Positions 10,203-19,586 of a stretch of DNA of 64,000 nt are shown one piece after another. The notes beneath the pieces are model-generated. The model made no database searches, was not told the DNA's origin, and was given only the letters and a program-made list of their open reading frames with translations. The stretch covers positions 241,675 through 305,674 of the forward strand of contig CAWGEJ010000011.1 of NCBI GenBank assembly GCA_963821575.1. The letters are read 5' to 3'. Numbering within the stretch: the stretch's first letter is position 1; the number at the start of each line of letters is the position of its first letter. A program made the translations under genes and the position numbers. The DNA comes from an uncultured Thermoleophilia bacterium. Its GTDB lineage: Bacteria > Actinomycetota > Thermoleophilia > Gaiellales > Gaiellaceae.

Positions 10203-10750
10203 CGTGGTCGATCGACTCGCTGCAGGGGAAGCTTCTCGTCTCGTCGCCGGCGCTGCACGATCCGAACTTTCGCAAGACGGTCGTCCTGATCGCGCACCAC
10301 GACGACGAGGGTGCGATGGGCCTCGTGCTGAGCCGCCCGTCCGAGATCGCCGCCGTGGAGGCGGTGCCTGCGCTCGACGGGCTCCCGGGTGCGGCCGATC
10401 CGGTCTTCGTCGGCGGCCCGGTGCAACCGGAGGCGTTCATGGTGCTCGCCGAGTTCAACGACGTGAGCGAGGCGGCCGCACCGATCATGGAGCGCCTCGG
10501 GTTCATGCCGGCCGAGTCCGAGCCGGAGGATCTCTCGATTCGCCGGCTCCGCCTGTTCGCCGGCTATTCCGGCTGGGGCGTCGGACAGCTCGAGGCCGAG
10601 CTCGAGGAGGCGTCGTGGATCGTCGTCGATGCTCTGACCGACGACGCCTTCGCCGACGACCCGGAGGAGCTGTGGCGGACGGTGCTGCAGCGCAAGGGCG
10701 GCCCGTTCGAGCTGATGGTCGACATGCCGTTCGACCCCAGTCTCAACTAG
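10199..10750 (+). CDS. YqgE/AlgH family protein (UPF0301)
   Basis: MTWSIDSLQGKLLVSSPALHDPNFRKTVVLIAHHDDEGAMGLVLSRP...FAGYSGWGVGQLEAEL. ATGA overlap with the ACAD stop. Confidence 0.8.
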   Translation: MTWSIDSLQGKLLVSSPALHDPNFRKTVVLIAHHDDEGAMGLVLSRPSEIAAVEAVPALDGLPGAADPVFVGGPVQPEAFMVLAEFNDVSEAAAPIMERLGFMPAESEPEDLSIRRLRLFAGYSGWGVGQLEAELEEASWIVVDALTDDAFADDPEELWRTVLQRKGGPFELMVDMPFDPSLN

Positions 10751-11426
10751 CGATCGGCGGCAGCCCGACGGTCTCGCCCGCGCGGCGCGGCCCCGGCACG
10801 TTCGGAAACCGGAACGGCGCGGGCGCACGGCCGGGCTGGACGAACCAGCACTCGCCGCTGCCCTCGCTCGTGGCAGCGAGCCACATCGCGTCCGCGACCT
10901 CGTCCGGCCGCAGCAGCGGAAAGCCGGACGCCGCGAACATCGCACGCTGGTCGTGCTTGTCGAGCATGGGCGTGTCGGCGATGCCGGGGCAGATCGCGTT
11001 GATCCTGATCGGCGCGATCTGCGGGGCGATGCTGCGCACGAAGCCGACCACCGCGTGCTTCGTGAGCGAGTAGATCGCGTCGAGCGGCATGCCGACCAGG
11101 CCCGCGAGTGATGCGGTCGCGACGATCGTGCCTTCGCTCATCACCTGGGCGAGGCGGCGCACACCGAGGACGACACCGTCGACGTTGACCGAGACCGCCC
11201 GCCGGTAGTCGTCGTACGACAAGCTGCGCAGGTCGGTCTCCGCCGTGAGGATGCCGGCGTTCAGACATGCGAGGTCGACCGGCTCGACGCGCTCCCAGGC
11301 GGCCGGGTCGCCGACGTCGAAGCCGTTCGTCAGGTCGAGCGAGAGCACCTCGTAGCCCTCGCGCTCCAGCCGAGCGCGCAGCGCGCGCCCGAGGCCGCCC
11401 TCCCCGCCGGTGACGAGCGCTCTCAC
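10743..11426 (-). CDS. SDR family oxidoreductase
   Basis: GTG start gives VRALVTGGEGGLGRAL (TGxxxGxG) and the catalytic YSLTKHA. GTGA overlap with the upstream gene. Confidence 0.8.
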   Translation of the reverse strand: MRALVTGGEGGLGRALRARLEREGYEVLSLDLTNGFDVGDPAAWERVEPVDLACLNAGILTAETDLRSLSYDDYRRAVSVNVDGVVLGVRRLAQVMSEGTIVATASLAGLVGMPLDAIYSLTKHAVVGFVRSIAPQIAPIRINAICPGIADTPMLDKHDQRAMFAASGFPLLRPDEVADAMWLAATSEGSGECWFVQPGRAPAPFRFPNVPGPRRAGETVGLPPIAS

Positions 11427-12319
11427 GGCTCGAGCACGACCTTGCCGACGTGCTTCCGGCTCTCGATCAGCGTGTGCGCAGCGCCGGCGTCGGCGAGCGG
11501 GAACGTCGCACCGACGACCGGGTCGATCTCGCCGGCGGCCCACATCGCGAGCAGCTCGATCGCGCACTCGTGCACGAGCTGCGGGTGCAGCTTCATCAAG
11601 CGCCCGAGATAGATGCCGACGACCGCTGCGTTGCGTCCGACGAGCCACTGCACGCTGGGATCCGTCCACAGCCCGCCGGCGAACCCGATCGCAACGATCG
11701 CACCGAGTGGATTGAGCAGCGGCAGCGAACGCGTGAAGACCTCACCACCGACCGGGTCCACGACCACGTCGACCCGCAGGTCGTCGATCTCGTCGTAGCC
11801 GAGCGCCTCGTCTGCGCCGACACCGAGCGCAAAGGCGCGTTTCTCGTCGGAGCTCGCAGTCGCGAAGACCTTGGCACCGAGTTGCTTCGCGAGCTGGATC
11901 GCTGCACAGCCGACACCACCGGAGCCGGCATGCACGAGCACCGTCGACGCTGGCGTGACCCGCACCTGGTGGTGAAGCGGGATGTAGGCCGTGAGGTAGG
12001 TCGTGAGGAACGAGGCGCCGGCGGCGAACGAGGCGTTGTCGGGCAGGGTGAACGTCCATTGCGGGTCGACCTCGACGCGCTCCGCGTAGCCACCGGCTGC
12101 GCGTGGCAGCGCGAGCACACGTTGCCCGTCGAGCTCGCCGGCGACCTCGTTGCCGAGCACGTACGGAAGCTCGGGTGCCTGCGGGTAGAGACCGCGGCGA
12201 ATGAGGACGTCGGCGAAGTTGACACCGGCCGCGCGCACCTCGACGACGCTTCCCGAAGGGTCGGGCCAGCTCTCGAGCGTGAGGTCGCCGCCGACCTCGC
12301 GCAGGACGACGGCCTTCAC
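11423..12319 (-). CDS. NADPH:quinone oxidoreductase / zeta-crystallin-type MDR
   Basis: VKAVVLREVGG...GVNFADVLIRRGLYP...VLVHAGSGGVGCAAIQLAK. The GTG start forms a GTGA overlap. Confidence 0.8.
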   Translation of the reverse strand: MKAVVLREVGGDLTLESWPDPSGSVVEVRAAGVNFADVLIRRGLYPQAPELPYVLGNEVAGELDGQRVLALPRAAGGYAERVEVDPQWTFTLPDNASFAAGASFLTTYLTAYIPLHHQVRVTPASTVLVHAGSGGVGCAAIQLAKQLGAKVFATASSDEKRAFALGVGADEALGYDEIDDLRVDVVVDPVGGEVFTRSLPLLNPLGAIVAIGFAGGLWTDPSVQWLVGRNAAVVGIYLGRLMKLHPQLVHECAIELLAMWAAGEIDPVVGATFPLADAGAAHTLIESRKHVGKVVLEP

Positions 12320-13032
12320 CGGCCGACCCAGTTGGCCGCGCGCTTCTCGAGAAACGCGGCCACGCCCTCCTGCCCGTCTTCCGAGTTGAGGCAAGCCGCG
12401 AACGCGTGCACCTCGCGCTCGTCGCTCCGCTGGTCGCGCGTGTCTCGCAGCAGCTCCTTGATCTGGCGGAGCGCGTGCGGGCTCTGCTTCGCGAGCGGCT
12501 CGACGTAGCGCGCGACACCCTCGTCGAGATCGTCGACGACGAACTCGACGAGCCCCCACGACTCGGCCGTCTCGGCGGGAATCCGCTCCCCCGACATGAC
12601 GAGCCAGCGGGCGCGGCCGGGCGAGATCAGGCGGGGCGCGCGCTGGGTGCCCCCTCCGCCCGGGAGCAGCCCGAGGTTCACCTCGGGGAAACCGAGCTGC
12701 GCGTCGCGCTGCGCGATGCGGAAGTCGCACGCGAGCGCGATCTCGAGACCGCCGCCGAGGCAGTAGCCGTGAATCGCGGCGACGACCGGCACGGGAGCCT
12801 GCTCGATCAGGTCCGCCACCGGCTGGATCCCCGCCGGGCGGTCGTTCTCGCCGGCACCCCCCACGAAGCCGCTGATGTCCGCGCCGGCCGAGAAGGCGCG
12901 CTCGCCCCGTCCGCGGAGCACCACGGCGCGAACGTCCGGCGCGAGCTGCTCGAACGCCGTCCAGAGCGTGTCGATGATCCCGGCGTCGACGGCGTTGACC
13001 GGCGGGTTGTCGAGCCAGACGGTCTCGATCAT
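12316..13032 (-). CDS. enoyl-CoA hydratase/isomerase family protein
   Basis: 238 aa: [14 protein letters not shown]...RAFSAGADISGF...AAIHGYCLGGGLEIALACDFRIA. ATGA overlap with the upstream ligase stop. Confidence 0.85.
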   Translation of the reverse strand: MIETVWLDNPPVNAVDAGIIDTLWTAFEQLAPDVRAVVLRGRGERAFSAGADISGFVGGAGENDRPAGIQPVADLIEQAPVPVVAAIHGYCLGGGLEIALACDFRIAQRDAQLGFPEVNLGLLPGGGGTQRAPRLISPGRARWLVMSGERIPAETAESWGLVEFVVDDLDEGVARYVEPLAKQSPHALRQIKELLRDTRDQRSDEREVHAFAACLNSEDGQEGVAAFLEKRAANWVGR

Positions 13033-14633
13033 GTGGTTGTCGCCGGCTCCTGCGCGAACATCTCGCGGAGCTCCGTCTTGCGGAACTTGCCGACGCTCGT
13101 CTTCGGGATCTCGGCGACGAACTCGAACCGCTCCGGCAGCCACCACTTGGCGAAGTTCGGCGCCAGGAACTCGCGCAGCTCGTCCGCGGTCGCCGTCTTG
13201 CCCTCGCGGAGCACGACCGCCGCGAGCGGGCGCTCGTCCCATTTCGGGTCGGGCACGGCGATCACCGCCGCCTCTGCGATCGCCGGATGAGCCATCAGCG
13301 CGTTCTCCAGCTCGACCGAGGAGATCCACTCGCCGCCGGATTTGATCACGTCCTTCGAGCGGTCCTTGATCATGATGAAGCCGCGAGGGTGCATCGCGAC
13401 GACGTCGCCCGTCTTGAACCAGCCGTCCTCGGTCCAGCGCTCGGACTGCTCCGGGGTGTCGTAGTAGCCTGCTGCGACCCAGGGGCCGCGGATCTCGAGC
13501 TCGCCCATCGCCTCGCCGTCCCACGGCAGGACGTTGCCGTCGGCATCGCGGTTGCGCAGCTCGACGAGCGGCAGCGGCCGTCCCTGCATCGCGATGTAGT
13601 CGAACTGCGTCTCCTCGTCGGCCTCGCTGAGCTCGCCGGGCAGCTGTGCGGTCGAGGCAACGGGCGAGGTCTCCGTCATCCCCCAGCCGTGCACGACGCT
13701 CATGCCGTGACGCTGCTTGAAGCCGGCGATCATGGCGCGCGGCGCGGCCGAGCCGCCGACGAGCATGCCCTTCATCTTCGAGAGATCCCACTTGCCCGGG
13801 TTCGCATCCAGCAGGCCGAGGATGCCGAGCCAGATCGTGGGGACGCCCGCTGTCCAGGTGACGCCTTCCTGCTCGAACGCGTCGAGCAGGCTCTCCGGGT
13901 CGAGGTGCGGGCCCGGGTAGACGAGCTTGGCGCCGATCATCGTCGCGAGGTACGGATAGCCCCAGGCGTTCGCATGGAACATCGGCACGACCGGCAGGAT
14001 CGTGTCCGCCTCCGAGATCCCGAGGCTCATCGGGTTCCCGGCAGCGACGCCGAGCGTGTGCAGCATCGTCGAGCGGTGCGAGTAGAGGACGCCTTTCGGC
14101 TGCCCGGTCGTGCCGCTCGTGTAGCACATCGCCGCCGCCTCGTTCTCGTTCAGCTCGGGGTCGCGCCACGCATCGGCGTCGGCGCCCGCGAGGAGCTCCT
14201 CGTAGGAGTCCTCGACCACGAACACGTGCTCGATCGCGGTGCGGTCGACGAACTGCTCGAGCAGCGGCAGCAGCGCCTTGTCGACGATCACGACCCGATC
14301 GCCGGCATGCGTCGCGATGTAGGCGAGATCGTTCGGGTGCAGCCGAAGATTCAGCGTGTGGAGCACGAAGCCGCCGCACGGAATGCCGAGGTAGGCCTCG
14401 TGATGCTGATGATGGTTCCAACAGAGCGTCGCGACCCGATCGCCGCGCTCCAGCCCGAGCTCTTGCAGCGCGACGGCGAGCGCGCGCGAGCGACGGCAGC
14501 TCTCGGCGTAGGTCGTCCGGTGGAAGCTCTTGTCCGGGAGCCGGGTGACGATCTCCTTGTTCGGGTTGTACTGCTCGGCCCGCAGCAGCAGCGAGGGCAG
14601 CGTCAGCTGGTAGTCCATCATCAAGCCGTTCAC
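13029..14633 (-). CDS. fatty-acid--CoA ligase (AMP-dependent synthetase)
   Basis: 534 aa with [14 protein letters not shown] (AMP-binding motif), GWGMTET and GWFKTGDV...[13 protein letters not shown]. The start is either GTG at 14633 or ATG at 14621/14618. Confidence 0.9.
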   Translation of the reverse strand: MNGLMMDYQLTLPSLLLRAEQYNPNKEIVTRLPDKSFHRTTYAESCRRSRALAVALQELGLERGDRVATLCWNHHQHHEAYLGIPCGGFVLHTLNLRLHPNDLAYIATHAGDRVVIVDKALLPLLEQFVDRTAIEHVFVVEDSYEELLAGADADAWRDPELNENEAAAMCYTSGTTGQPKGVLYSHRSTMLHTLGVAAGNPMSLGISEADTILPVVPMFHANAWGYPYLATMIGAKLVYPGPHLDPESLLDAFEQEGVTWTAGVPTIWLGILGLLDANPGKWDLSKMKGMLVGGSAAPRAMIAGFKQRHGMSVVHGWGMTETSPVASTAQLPGELSEADEETQFDYIAMQGRPLPLVELRNRDADGNVLPWDGEAMGELEIRGPWVAAGYYDTPEQSERWTEDGWFKTGDVVAMHPRGFIMIKDRSKDVIKSGGEWISSVELENALMAHPAIAEAAVIAVPDPKWDERPLAAVVLREGKTATADELREFLAPNFAKWWLPERFEFVAEIPKTSVGKFRKTELREMFAQEPATTT

Positions 14634-15025
14634 CGCTCCATCTCCTTGATCGCTTGGCGTTTTGCGAGGTCCTCGGCGCTGACGACCTGGCCGTCCCGTT
14701 CGACATAGCCGCCCTTGCCGCCGACGATGAACAGGACGAGATCGCCGTCGCCGCTGTTCGTGATCATCCGATGAGTCGTCGACTCGACATGGACGATGCC
14801 GCCCTCGCCGACGGTGTGCTCGTCGCCGTCGAACGAGAAGATCGCGGTGCCGCGGTGGACGAAGTAGAGCTCGTCCTGGTGGTCGTGATAGTGGTTCGGC
14901 CCTTCGTAGCCCGGCGGGAAGACGAGGGCGTTGACGCCGAAGGCGGTGACGCCGAGCGGCTGCCTCACCTTGCGGAATCCGTAACCGTCCCCGAGCTCGT
15001 CCAGCGAGGAGATCGAGTAGCTCAT
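14630..15025 (-). CDS. cupin domain-containing protein
   Basis: 131 aa from the internal ATG, with GPNHYHDHQDELYFVHRGTAIF...GGIVHVES (cupin motifs 1 and 2). Confidence 0.75.
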   Translation of the reverse strand: MSYSISSLDELGDGYGFRKVRQPLGVTAFGVNALVFPPGYEGPNHYHDHQDELYFVHRGTAIFSFDGDEHTVGEGGIVHVESTTHRMITNSGDGDLVLFIVGGKGGYVERDGQVVSAEDLAKRQAIKEMER

Positions 15026-15057
15026 GCGCCTGATCCTAGTGTCTGACACGAACCGTG

Positions 15058-15360
15058 TCAGACACCGGAGCGGCGAGCGGGCAGTGCCGTCGCGACTGCC
15101 GCGACGGCGAAGACCGCGGCCACGACAGGCTGGCCGACGGACACGAACGCCGCCGTGGCCGCGGCGAAGAGCGCGAGCTCGAGCACGAGGCGGCTCGGGT
15201 CGCGCAGCCGACTCCGCGCCTTCGGTGCGATCCAGATGCCCCACACGAGAGCCGCCGCCAGCGCGGCGACGACCCCGGGGATCACCCAGCCCCACCACGC
15301 GAACGCAACGAGCATCGCGAGCTCGCAGGCGAACCGCACCGTGAGCGCGAACGCCCTCAC
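15058..15360 (-). CDS. YrdB/DUF2568-like small membrane protein
   Basis: 100 aa with LTVRFACELAMLVAFAWWGW..., three hydrophobic helices. GTGA overlap with the upstream SDR stop. Confidence 0.6.
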   Translation of the reverse strand: MRAFALTVRFACELAMLVAFAWWGWVIPGVVAALAAALVWGIWIAPKARSRLRDPSRLVLELALFAAATAAFVSVGQPVVAAVFAVAAVATALPARRSGV

Positions 15361-16148
15361 GAGCCGAACAGGAACCGTGTCAGCACCCGGTCGCGCAGGC
15401 GGTCCGGGAGCCTCTGCACGCGGGCGCGCCGCTTCGCGTCGGGCCCGACGACATAGCGCGTCTTCGGCTTCGACGACGTGAGCGCGTGCTCGACCGCCTT
15501 TGCCACCTCGGCCGCCGGCACCGCCTTGGCGGAGCGCGCCGCCGCGAGTGCGCGGAACTTCGCCGTGCGCTCGGCGTACAGCTCGGTCGCCTCGGGCCCA
15601 AGGTCTGCGACCGCGGGCTGCGGCTTCGACCAGATCGGCGTCGCGATCGTCCCGGGCTCGACGATCGCCACCTGCATGCCGAACGGGGCGAGCTCGACTC
15701 GAAGCGTGTCTGCCATCGCCTCGAGCGCGAACTTCGACATCGCGTACGCGCCGAGGAACGGGAGCGCCGAGCGCCCGCCGATCGAGCCCATCAGCACGAC
15801 CCGGCCGCGAGAACGCCGCAGGGCCGGCAGGAAGGCCTGCAGCACGCGCAGCTGTCCGACCACGTTGACGTCGAGTTGTCGCGTCAGCTCTTCGGGCGGC
15901 AGGAACTCGAGCGGCGAAGCGATCGCGATGCCGGCGTTGTCGACGAGGGCGTCGAGCTCCTCCACCTGCAACGCGGCGTGCGCGACCGCCACTCGATCCG
16001 TGACGTCGAAGACGAGCTCCGTCGTCCCCGCCGGCGCCTCGCCGGCGTGCCGCACCGACGCATACACCGTCCAGCCGGCATCGCGCAGGTGTGCCGCGGT
16101 CGCCGCGCCGATCCCGGTCGACGTGCCCGTTACGAGGACAGCAGGGAT
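15357..16148 (-). CDS. SDR family oxidoreductase (5' end uncertain)
   Basis: VLVTGTSTGIGAATA (Rossmann motif) and YAMSKFALEA (YxxxK). No ATG/GTG/TTG lies within about 20 codons upstream of the Rossmann motif; ATC at 16148 is the nearest permitted start. Confidence 0.7.
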   Translation of the reverse strand: MPAVLVTGTSTGIGAATAAHLRDAGWTVYASVRHAGEAPAGTTELVFDVTDRVAVAHAALQVEELDALVDNAGIAIASPLEFLPPEELTRQLDVNVVGQLRVLQAFLPALRRSRGRVVLMGSIGGRSALPFLGAYAMSKFALEAMADTLRVELAPFGMQVAIVEPGTIATPIWSKPQPAVADLGPEATELYAERTAKFRALAAARSAKAVPAAEVAKAVEHALTSSKPKTRYVVGPDAKRRARVQRLPDRLRDRVLTRFLFGS

Positions 16149-16978
16149 GCCGCGATCTCCGCGCGCTGCTCGCGGCCGTACCCGAGCACGCCTTCGAGCC
16201 AGAGCGCGCGCTTGTAGTAGCGGTGCAGCGGGTGCTCCCACGTGAAGCCGATGCCGCCGTGCGCCTGGATCGACTTCTCGCACGCGAGCACAGCGGCTTC
16301 GGCCGCCTGCGACTTCGCGGCTGCGACCGCCAGATCGACCTGCTCGTCGTCTTCGGCGACGCACCACGCCGCCCAGTAGGCGAGCGACCGCGAGAGCTCG
16401 ACAGCGACGTAGCCGTCGACCAGCGAGTGCGAGATCGCCTGGTACGAGCCGATCTTCTTGCCGAACTGCTCGCGGTCGGAGACGTAGGCGAGAGCCAGCT
16501 CGATCGCCTTCGAGCCGATGCCGACCGCCTCGAGCGCGAGCGCGGCGAGCAGGCGGCGCCGCACGTCCGGCCAGTCGCCCTGCGCCGCCTCGGCGCCGTT
16601 CGCAGACAGGCGGCCGAGACCGAGGGTCTCGTCGACGGTCGCGAGCGTGTCGCCCTGCGCCTTCACGCCTCGCATGTCGGGCGTGAGCACGCGGGTGACC
16701 TGGTCGAGATGCGGCACGAAGCCGTCGATCTCGATCGACCACACCTCGTCGCCCGGCTGCCCCGCGATCTCGTTGAGTGCGTACGGCCCGTCGTAGAGCG
16801 CGCGCCCGAGCTCCTCGAAGAGCACGGCCGCGTCGAGGAACGTGAAGTCGCCGCCCTGCAGGACACCGACCCAGCCGAGCTCGGCGAGCTGCTCCATCGT
16901 CGGCGACGGGTTCGCCTCCAGGAAGGAGCGGGCTTCGCGCCGGAGATCGTCCTGCTCGGGGCTGAACGAGAAGTCCAT
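16130..16978 (-). CDS. acyl-CoA dehydrogenase family protein, short (282 aa) subunit-type
   Basis: MDFSFSPEQDDLRREARSFL...REQFGKKIGSYQAISHSL...IQAHGGIGFTWEHPLHRYYKRA. There is a 1-nt start/stop overlap with the upstream ACAD. Confidence 0.8.
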   Translation of the reverse strand: MDFSFSPEQDDLRREARSFLEANPSPTMEQLAELGWVGVLQGGDFTFLDAAVLFEELGRALYDGPYALNEIAGQPGDEVWSIEIDGFVPHLDQVTRVLTPDMRGVKAQGDTLATVDETLGLGRLSANGAEAAQGDWPDVRRRLLAALALEAVGIGSKAIELALAYVSDREQFGKKIGSYQAISHSLVDGYVAVELSRSLAYWAAWCVAEDDEQVDLAVAAAKSQAAEAAVLACEKSIQAHGGIGFTWEHPLHRYYKRALWLEGVLGYGREQRAEIAASLLSS

Positions 16979-18135
16979 CACCTGCTCCTTGGGAGGCCGA
17001 GCACGCGCTCGGCGACGATGTTGCGGAGGATCTCGCTCGTGCCGGCCTCGATCGTGTTGCCCCGCGAGCGCAGCTGCTGGTACTGCCAGTACCCGTCGCC
17101 GGAGCCGCCGGCACCGTTCGTCAACTGCGCGTGCGAGCCGAGGATCTCGAGCGCGAGCTTGGTCAGCCGCTGGTTGTTCTCCGACCACACGAGCTTCGAC
17201 GCCGAGCCTTCCGGGCCGGGAATGCCCGTCTTCGTCAGCGTCGTCAACGAGCGGTAGTTCGTGTACTTGAGGGCCTGCAGCTCGATCCACTCCCGCGCGA
17301 TGCGGTCGCGGAGGATCGGGTCGGTGACGTCGCGCTCCTTCGCCAGCGCGATCAGCTTGCGGACGGCGACGTCGAGCGTGGCCGAGAGCGCGAAGCCGAG
17401 CGTGCCGCGCTCATGCAGGAGCGTCGTCATCGCGACCTGCCAGCCCTCCCCGACGGAGCCGAGCACGTTCTCCATCGGCACCTGCACGTCGGTGAAGAAG
17501 ATCTCGTTGAACTCCGGATGACCGGTGATCTGCACGAGCGGCCGGACCTCTACGCCGGGTGCGTGCATGTCGACGATCACGTACGTCAGGTTCTTGTACC
17601 GCGGCGCGTCGGGGAGCCCGAGACCGACGAGGATGCAGAAGTCTGCGATGTGCGCGAACGACGACCACACCTTCTGCCCGTTGACGAGGAAGTGGTCGCC
17701 CTGGTCCTCGATGCGCGTCCGCGAGGCGGCGAGGTCGCTGCCCGCGTCGGGCTCCGAGAAGCCCTGACACCAGATCTCTTCCGCCATCAGGATGTTCGAG
17801 AGGTAGCGCTCCTTCTGCTCCGGAGTCCCCCACGCGATGATCGTCGGCCCCGCCATGCCGAGCCCGATCACGCCGAGGTGCGACGGGGCCTCGGCCCTGG
17901 CCAGCTCCTCGAGGTAGATCGCCTGGTGGCTGTACGGGGCGCCGGCGCCGCCGTACTCCTTGGGCCACGTGAGCCCTGCGTAGCCGGCCTCCCCGAGTCG
18001 ACGGCTCCAGTCGCGGTCGGCGTCCTCGAAGCGGCGCGCGCCACGCGCCTTCGAGCTCGCCGGCAGGTTCTCGGCGATGAACTCGCGCACCTCCTGGCGG
18101 AAGGCGGCCTCCTCTGGGGTGTCGCGCAGGTCCAT
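16978..18135 (-). CDS. acyl-CoA dehydrogenase
   Basis: 385 aa with GLTWPKEYGG, WCQGFSEPDAGSDLA and VNGQKVWSSFAH. Confidence 0.85.
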   Translation of the reverse strand: MDLRDTPEEAAFRQEVREFIAENLPASSKARGARRFEDADRDWSRRLGEAGYAGLTWPKEYGGAGAPYSHQAIYLEELARAEAPSHLGVIGLGMAGPTIIAWGTPEQKERYLSNILMAEEIWCQGFSEPDAGSDLAASRTRIEDQGDHFLVNGQKVWSSFAHIADFCILVGLGLPDAPRYKNLTYVIVDMHAPGVEVRPLVQITGHPEFNEIFFTDVQVPMENVLGSVGEGWQVAMTTLLHERGTLGFALSATLDVAVRKLIALAKERDVTDPILRDRIAREWIELQALKYTNYRSLTTLTKTGIPGPEGSASKLVWSENNQRLTKLALEILGSHAQLTNGAGGSGDGYWQYQQLRSRGNTIEAGTSEILRNIVAERVLGLPRSR

Positions 18136-18144
18136 GTCGCGATC

Positions 18145-18558
18145 CTACTGCCGGAGCGTCATGCAGGTCGACGTCGCATAGGCGACGAGGGAGCCGGAAT
18201 CGTCGGTGATGCGACAGCTGAGCAGGGCGACCGTCCGGCCCGCCTTGATCACCTCTCCGACCGCGGTCAGCCGCCCGCTCCAGACCGGCTTGAGGAAGTT
18301 GATCTTCAGCTCGACCGTCGTGAAGGATTCGCCCTCCTCGAGACGCGTGAGGTTGGCGCAGCCCATCGCGCCGTCGGCGAGATCGCAGAGGATGCCGCCG
18401 TGCAGCGTGCCGGGCGGGCTCGAGTGCTCGGGCCCGGCGTCCAGCTCGAACGTGACGCGTCCTTCCTCGGCGGCGACGATCCGCATCCCGATCAGCTCCG
18501 CGACCGGCGCGGGCGGAAGCTCGCCCGCGATCATGCGCTGCAGCGTGGCGAGTGTCAC
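18145..18558 (-). CDS. PaaI-family (hotdog-fold) thioesterase
   Basis: GTG start; 137 aa with PGTLHGGILCDLADGAMGCA...TVELKINFLKP. GTGA overlap with the upstream ADH stop. Confidence 0.75.
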   Translation of the reverse strand: MTLATLQRMIAGELPPAPVAELIGMRIVAAEEGRVTFELDAGPEHSSPPGTLHGGILCDLADGAMGCANLTRLEEGESFTTVELKINFLKPVWSGRLTAVGEVIKAGRTVALLSCRITDDSGSLVAYATSTCMTLRQ

Positions 18559-19586
18559 GGTGTCAGGACCGTCCGGATCACGTCGCCGCGTTGCATCGCG
18601 TGCAGCGCGTCCTGCCAGCCGGCCAGCGGCGCCGTCCGCGTCACCATGTCCGCCAGGTCGAGCTTCCCGTCGAGCGCCCATTGCGCGAGCAGCGGGAAGT
18701 CCTGCTCGGGCAGGTGGTCGCCCCCGTGGGAGACGAGGATCCGCGCCCGCCGGGCGAAGAGGCCCGGCAGGTCGATCTCGACCGACTCGCCGGCGGGCGA
18801 GAGGCCGATCAGGACGACCGTCCCGCTCGTCCCGATCATCCCCAGAGCCTGCTCGAACGTGGCGCGGCGACCGACGGCGTCGAAGACGAAGTCGACTCGC
18901 CCAGGCTCCGTGTGCGTCGCCCCGAATCCCACCGCCTGCTCGAGCTTGCGCTCGTCGAGGTCGATCGCGCGGATCTCCGCCGCCCGGGCGATGCGCGCGC
19001 CCTGGATCACCGAGAGGCCGACCGCACCGCAGCCGATCACGGCGACGCGGGCCCCCTCCCACACCTTCGCGGTCTCGAGCACCGAGAGCACCCCCGTCGC
19101 GACGGCGCAGCCGATCAGGCACGCCTGCTCGACCGGCAGCTCGCGCGGCACCTTCACGGCCGCGACCTGCGGGACGACGGTGTGCGTCGCGAACGTGCCC
19201 GTGCGCAGCACGGGCGTCAGCTCTCCGCCGTCGGCGCGGAAGAGCCGCCCCGGCGCCGCGGGAGGGCGCGTGCACCGGCGGGGCTCGCCGCGCAGGCACG
19301 TCGCGCACTGCCGACACGCCGTCTTCCAGCCGAGCACGACGCGATCGCCCGGCACGACCGACTGGACGCCGGCGCCGGCCGATTCGACCGTGCCCGCACC
19401 TTCGTGCCCGAGCAGGACGGGAAGAGGGTGGCCCCAGCCGTCCTCCTCGATCACGTGCAGGTCGCTGTGGCAGACGCCGGTCGCCTCGATGCGCACGAGC
19501 ACCTCGCCCGCGCCCGGCGGCTCGACGCGGATCTCCTCGAGCGCGACGGTGCCCGGGCCGGAGAGGACTACGCCCTGGTCAGCCAC
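18555..19586 (-). CDS. zinc-dependent alcohol dehydrogenase family protein
   Basis: 343 aa with EVLVRIEATGVCHSDLH, LGHEGAGTVE, CRQCATCLRGEPRRC and VAVIGCGAVG. Confidence 0.85.
   Translation of the reverse strand: MADQGVVLSGPGTVALEEIRVEPPGAGEVLVRIEATGVCHSDLHVIEEDGWGHPLPVLLGHEGAGTVESAGAGVQSVVPGDRVVLGWKTACRQCATCLRGEPRRCTRPPAAPGRLFRADGGELTPVLRTGTFATHTVVPQVAAVKVPRELPVEQACLIGCAVATGVLSVLETAKVWEGARVAVIGCGAVGLSVIQGARIARAAEIRAIDLDERKLEQAVGFGATHTEPGRVDFVFDAVGRRATFEQALGMIGTSGTVVLIGLSPAGESVEIDLPGLFARRARILVSHGGDHLPEQDFPLLAQWALDGKLDLADMVTRTAPLAGWQDALHAMQRGDVIRTVLTP

Noticed and set aside
12316-14706. The 796-aa ORF, read as a possible fusion protein.
   Set aside because: Only its last 238 codons (the enoyl-CoA hydratase) make sense. 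The upstream part is the out-of-frame shadow of the acyl-CoA ligase gene, which has its own clean 534-aa ORF.
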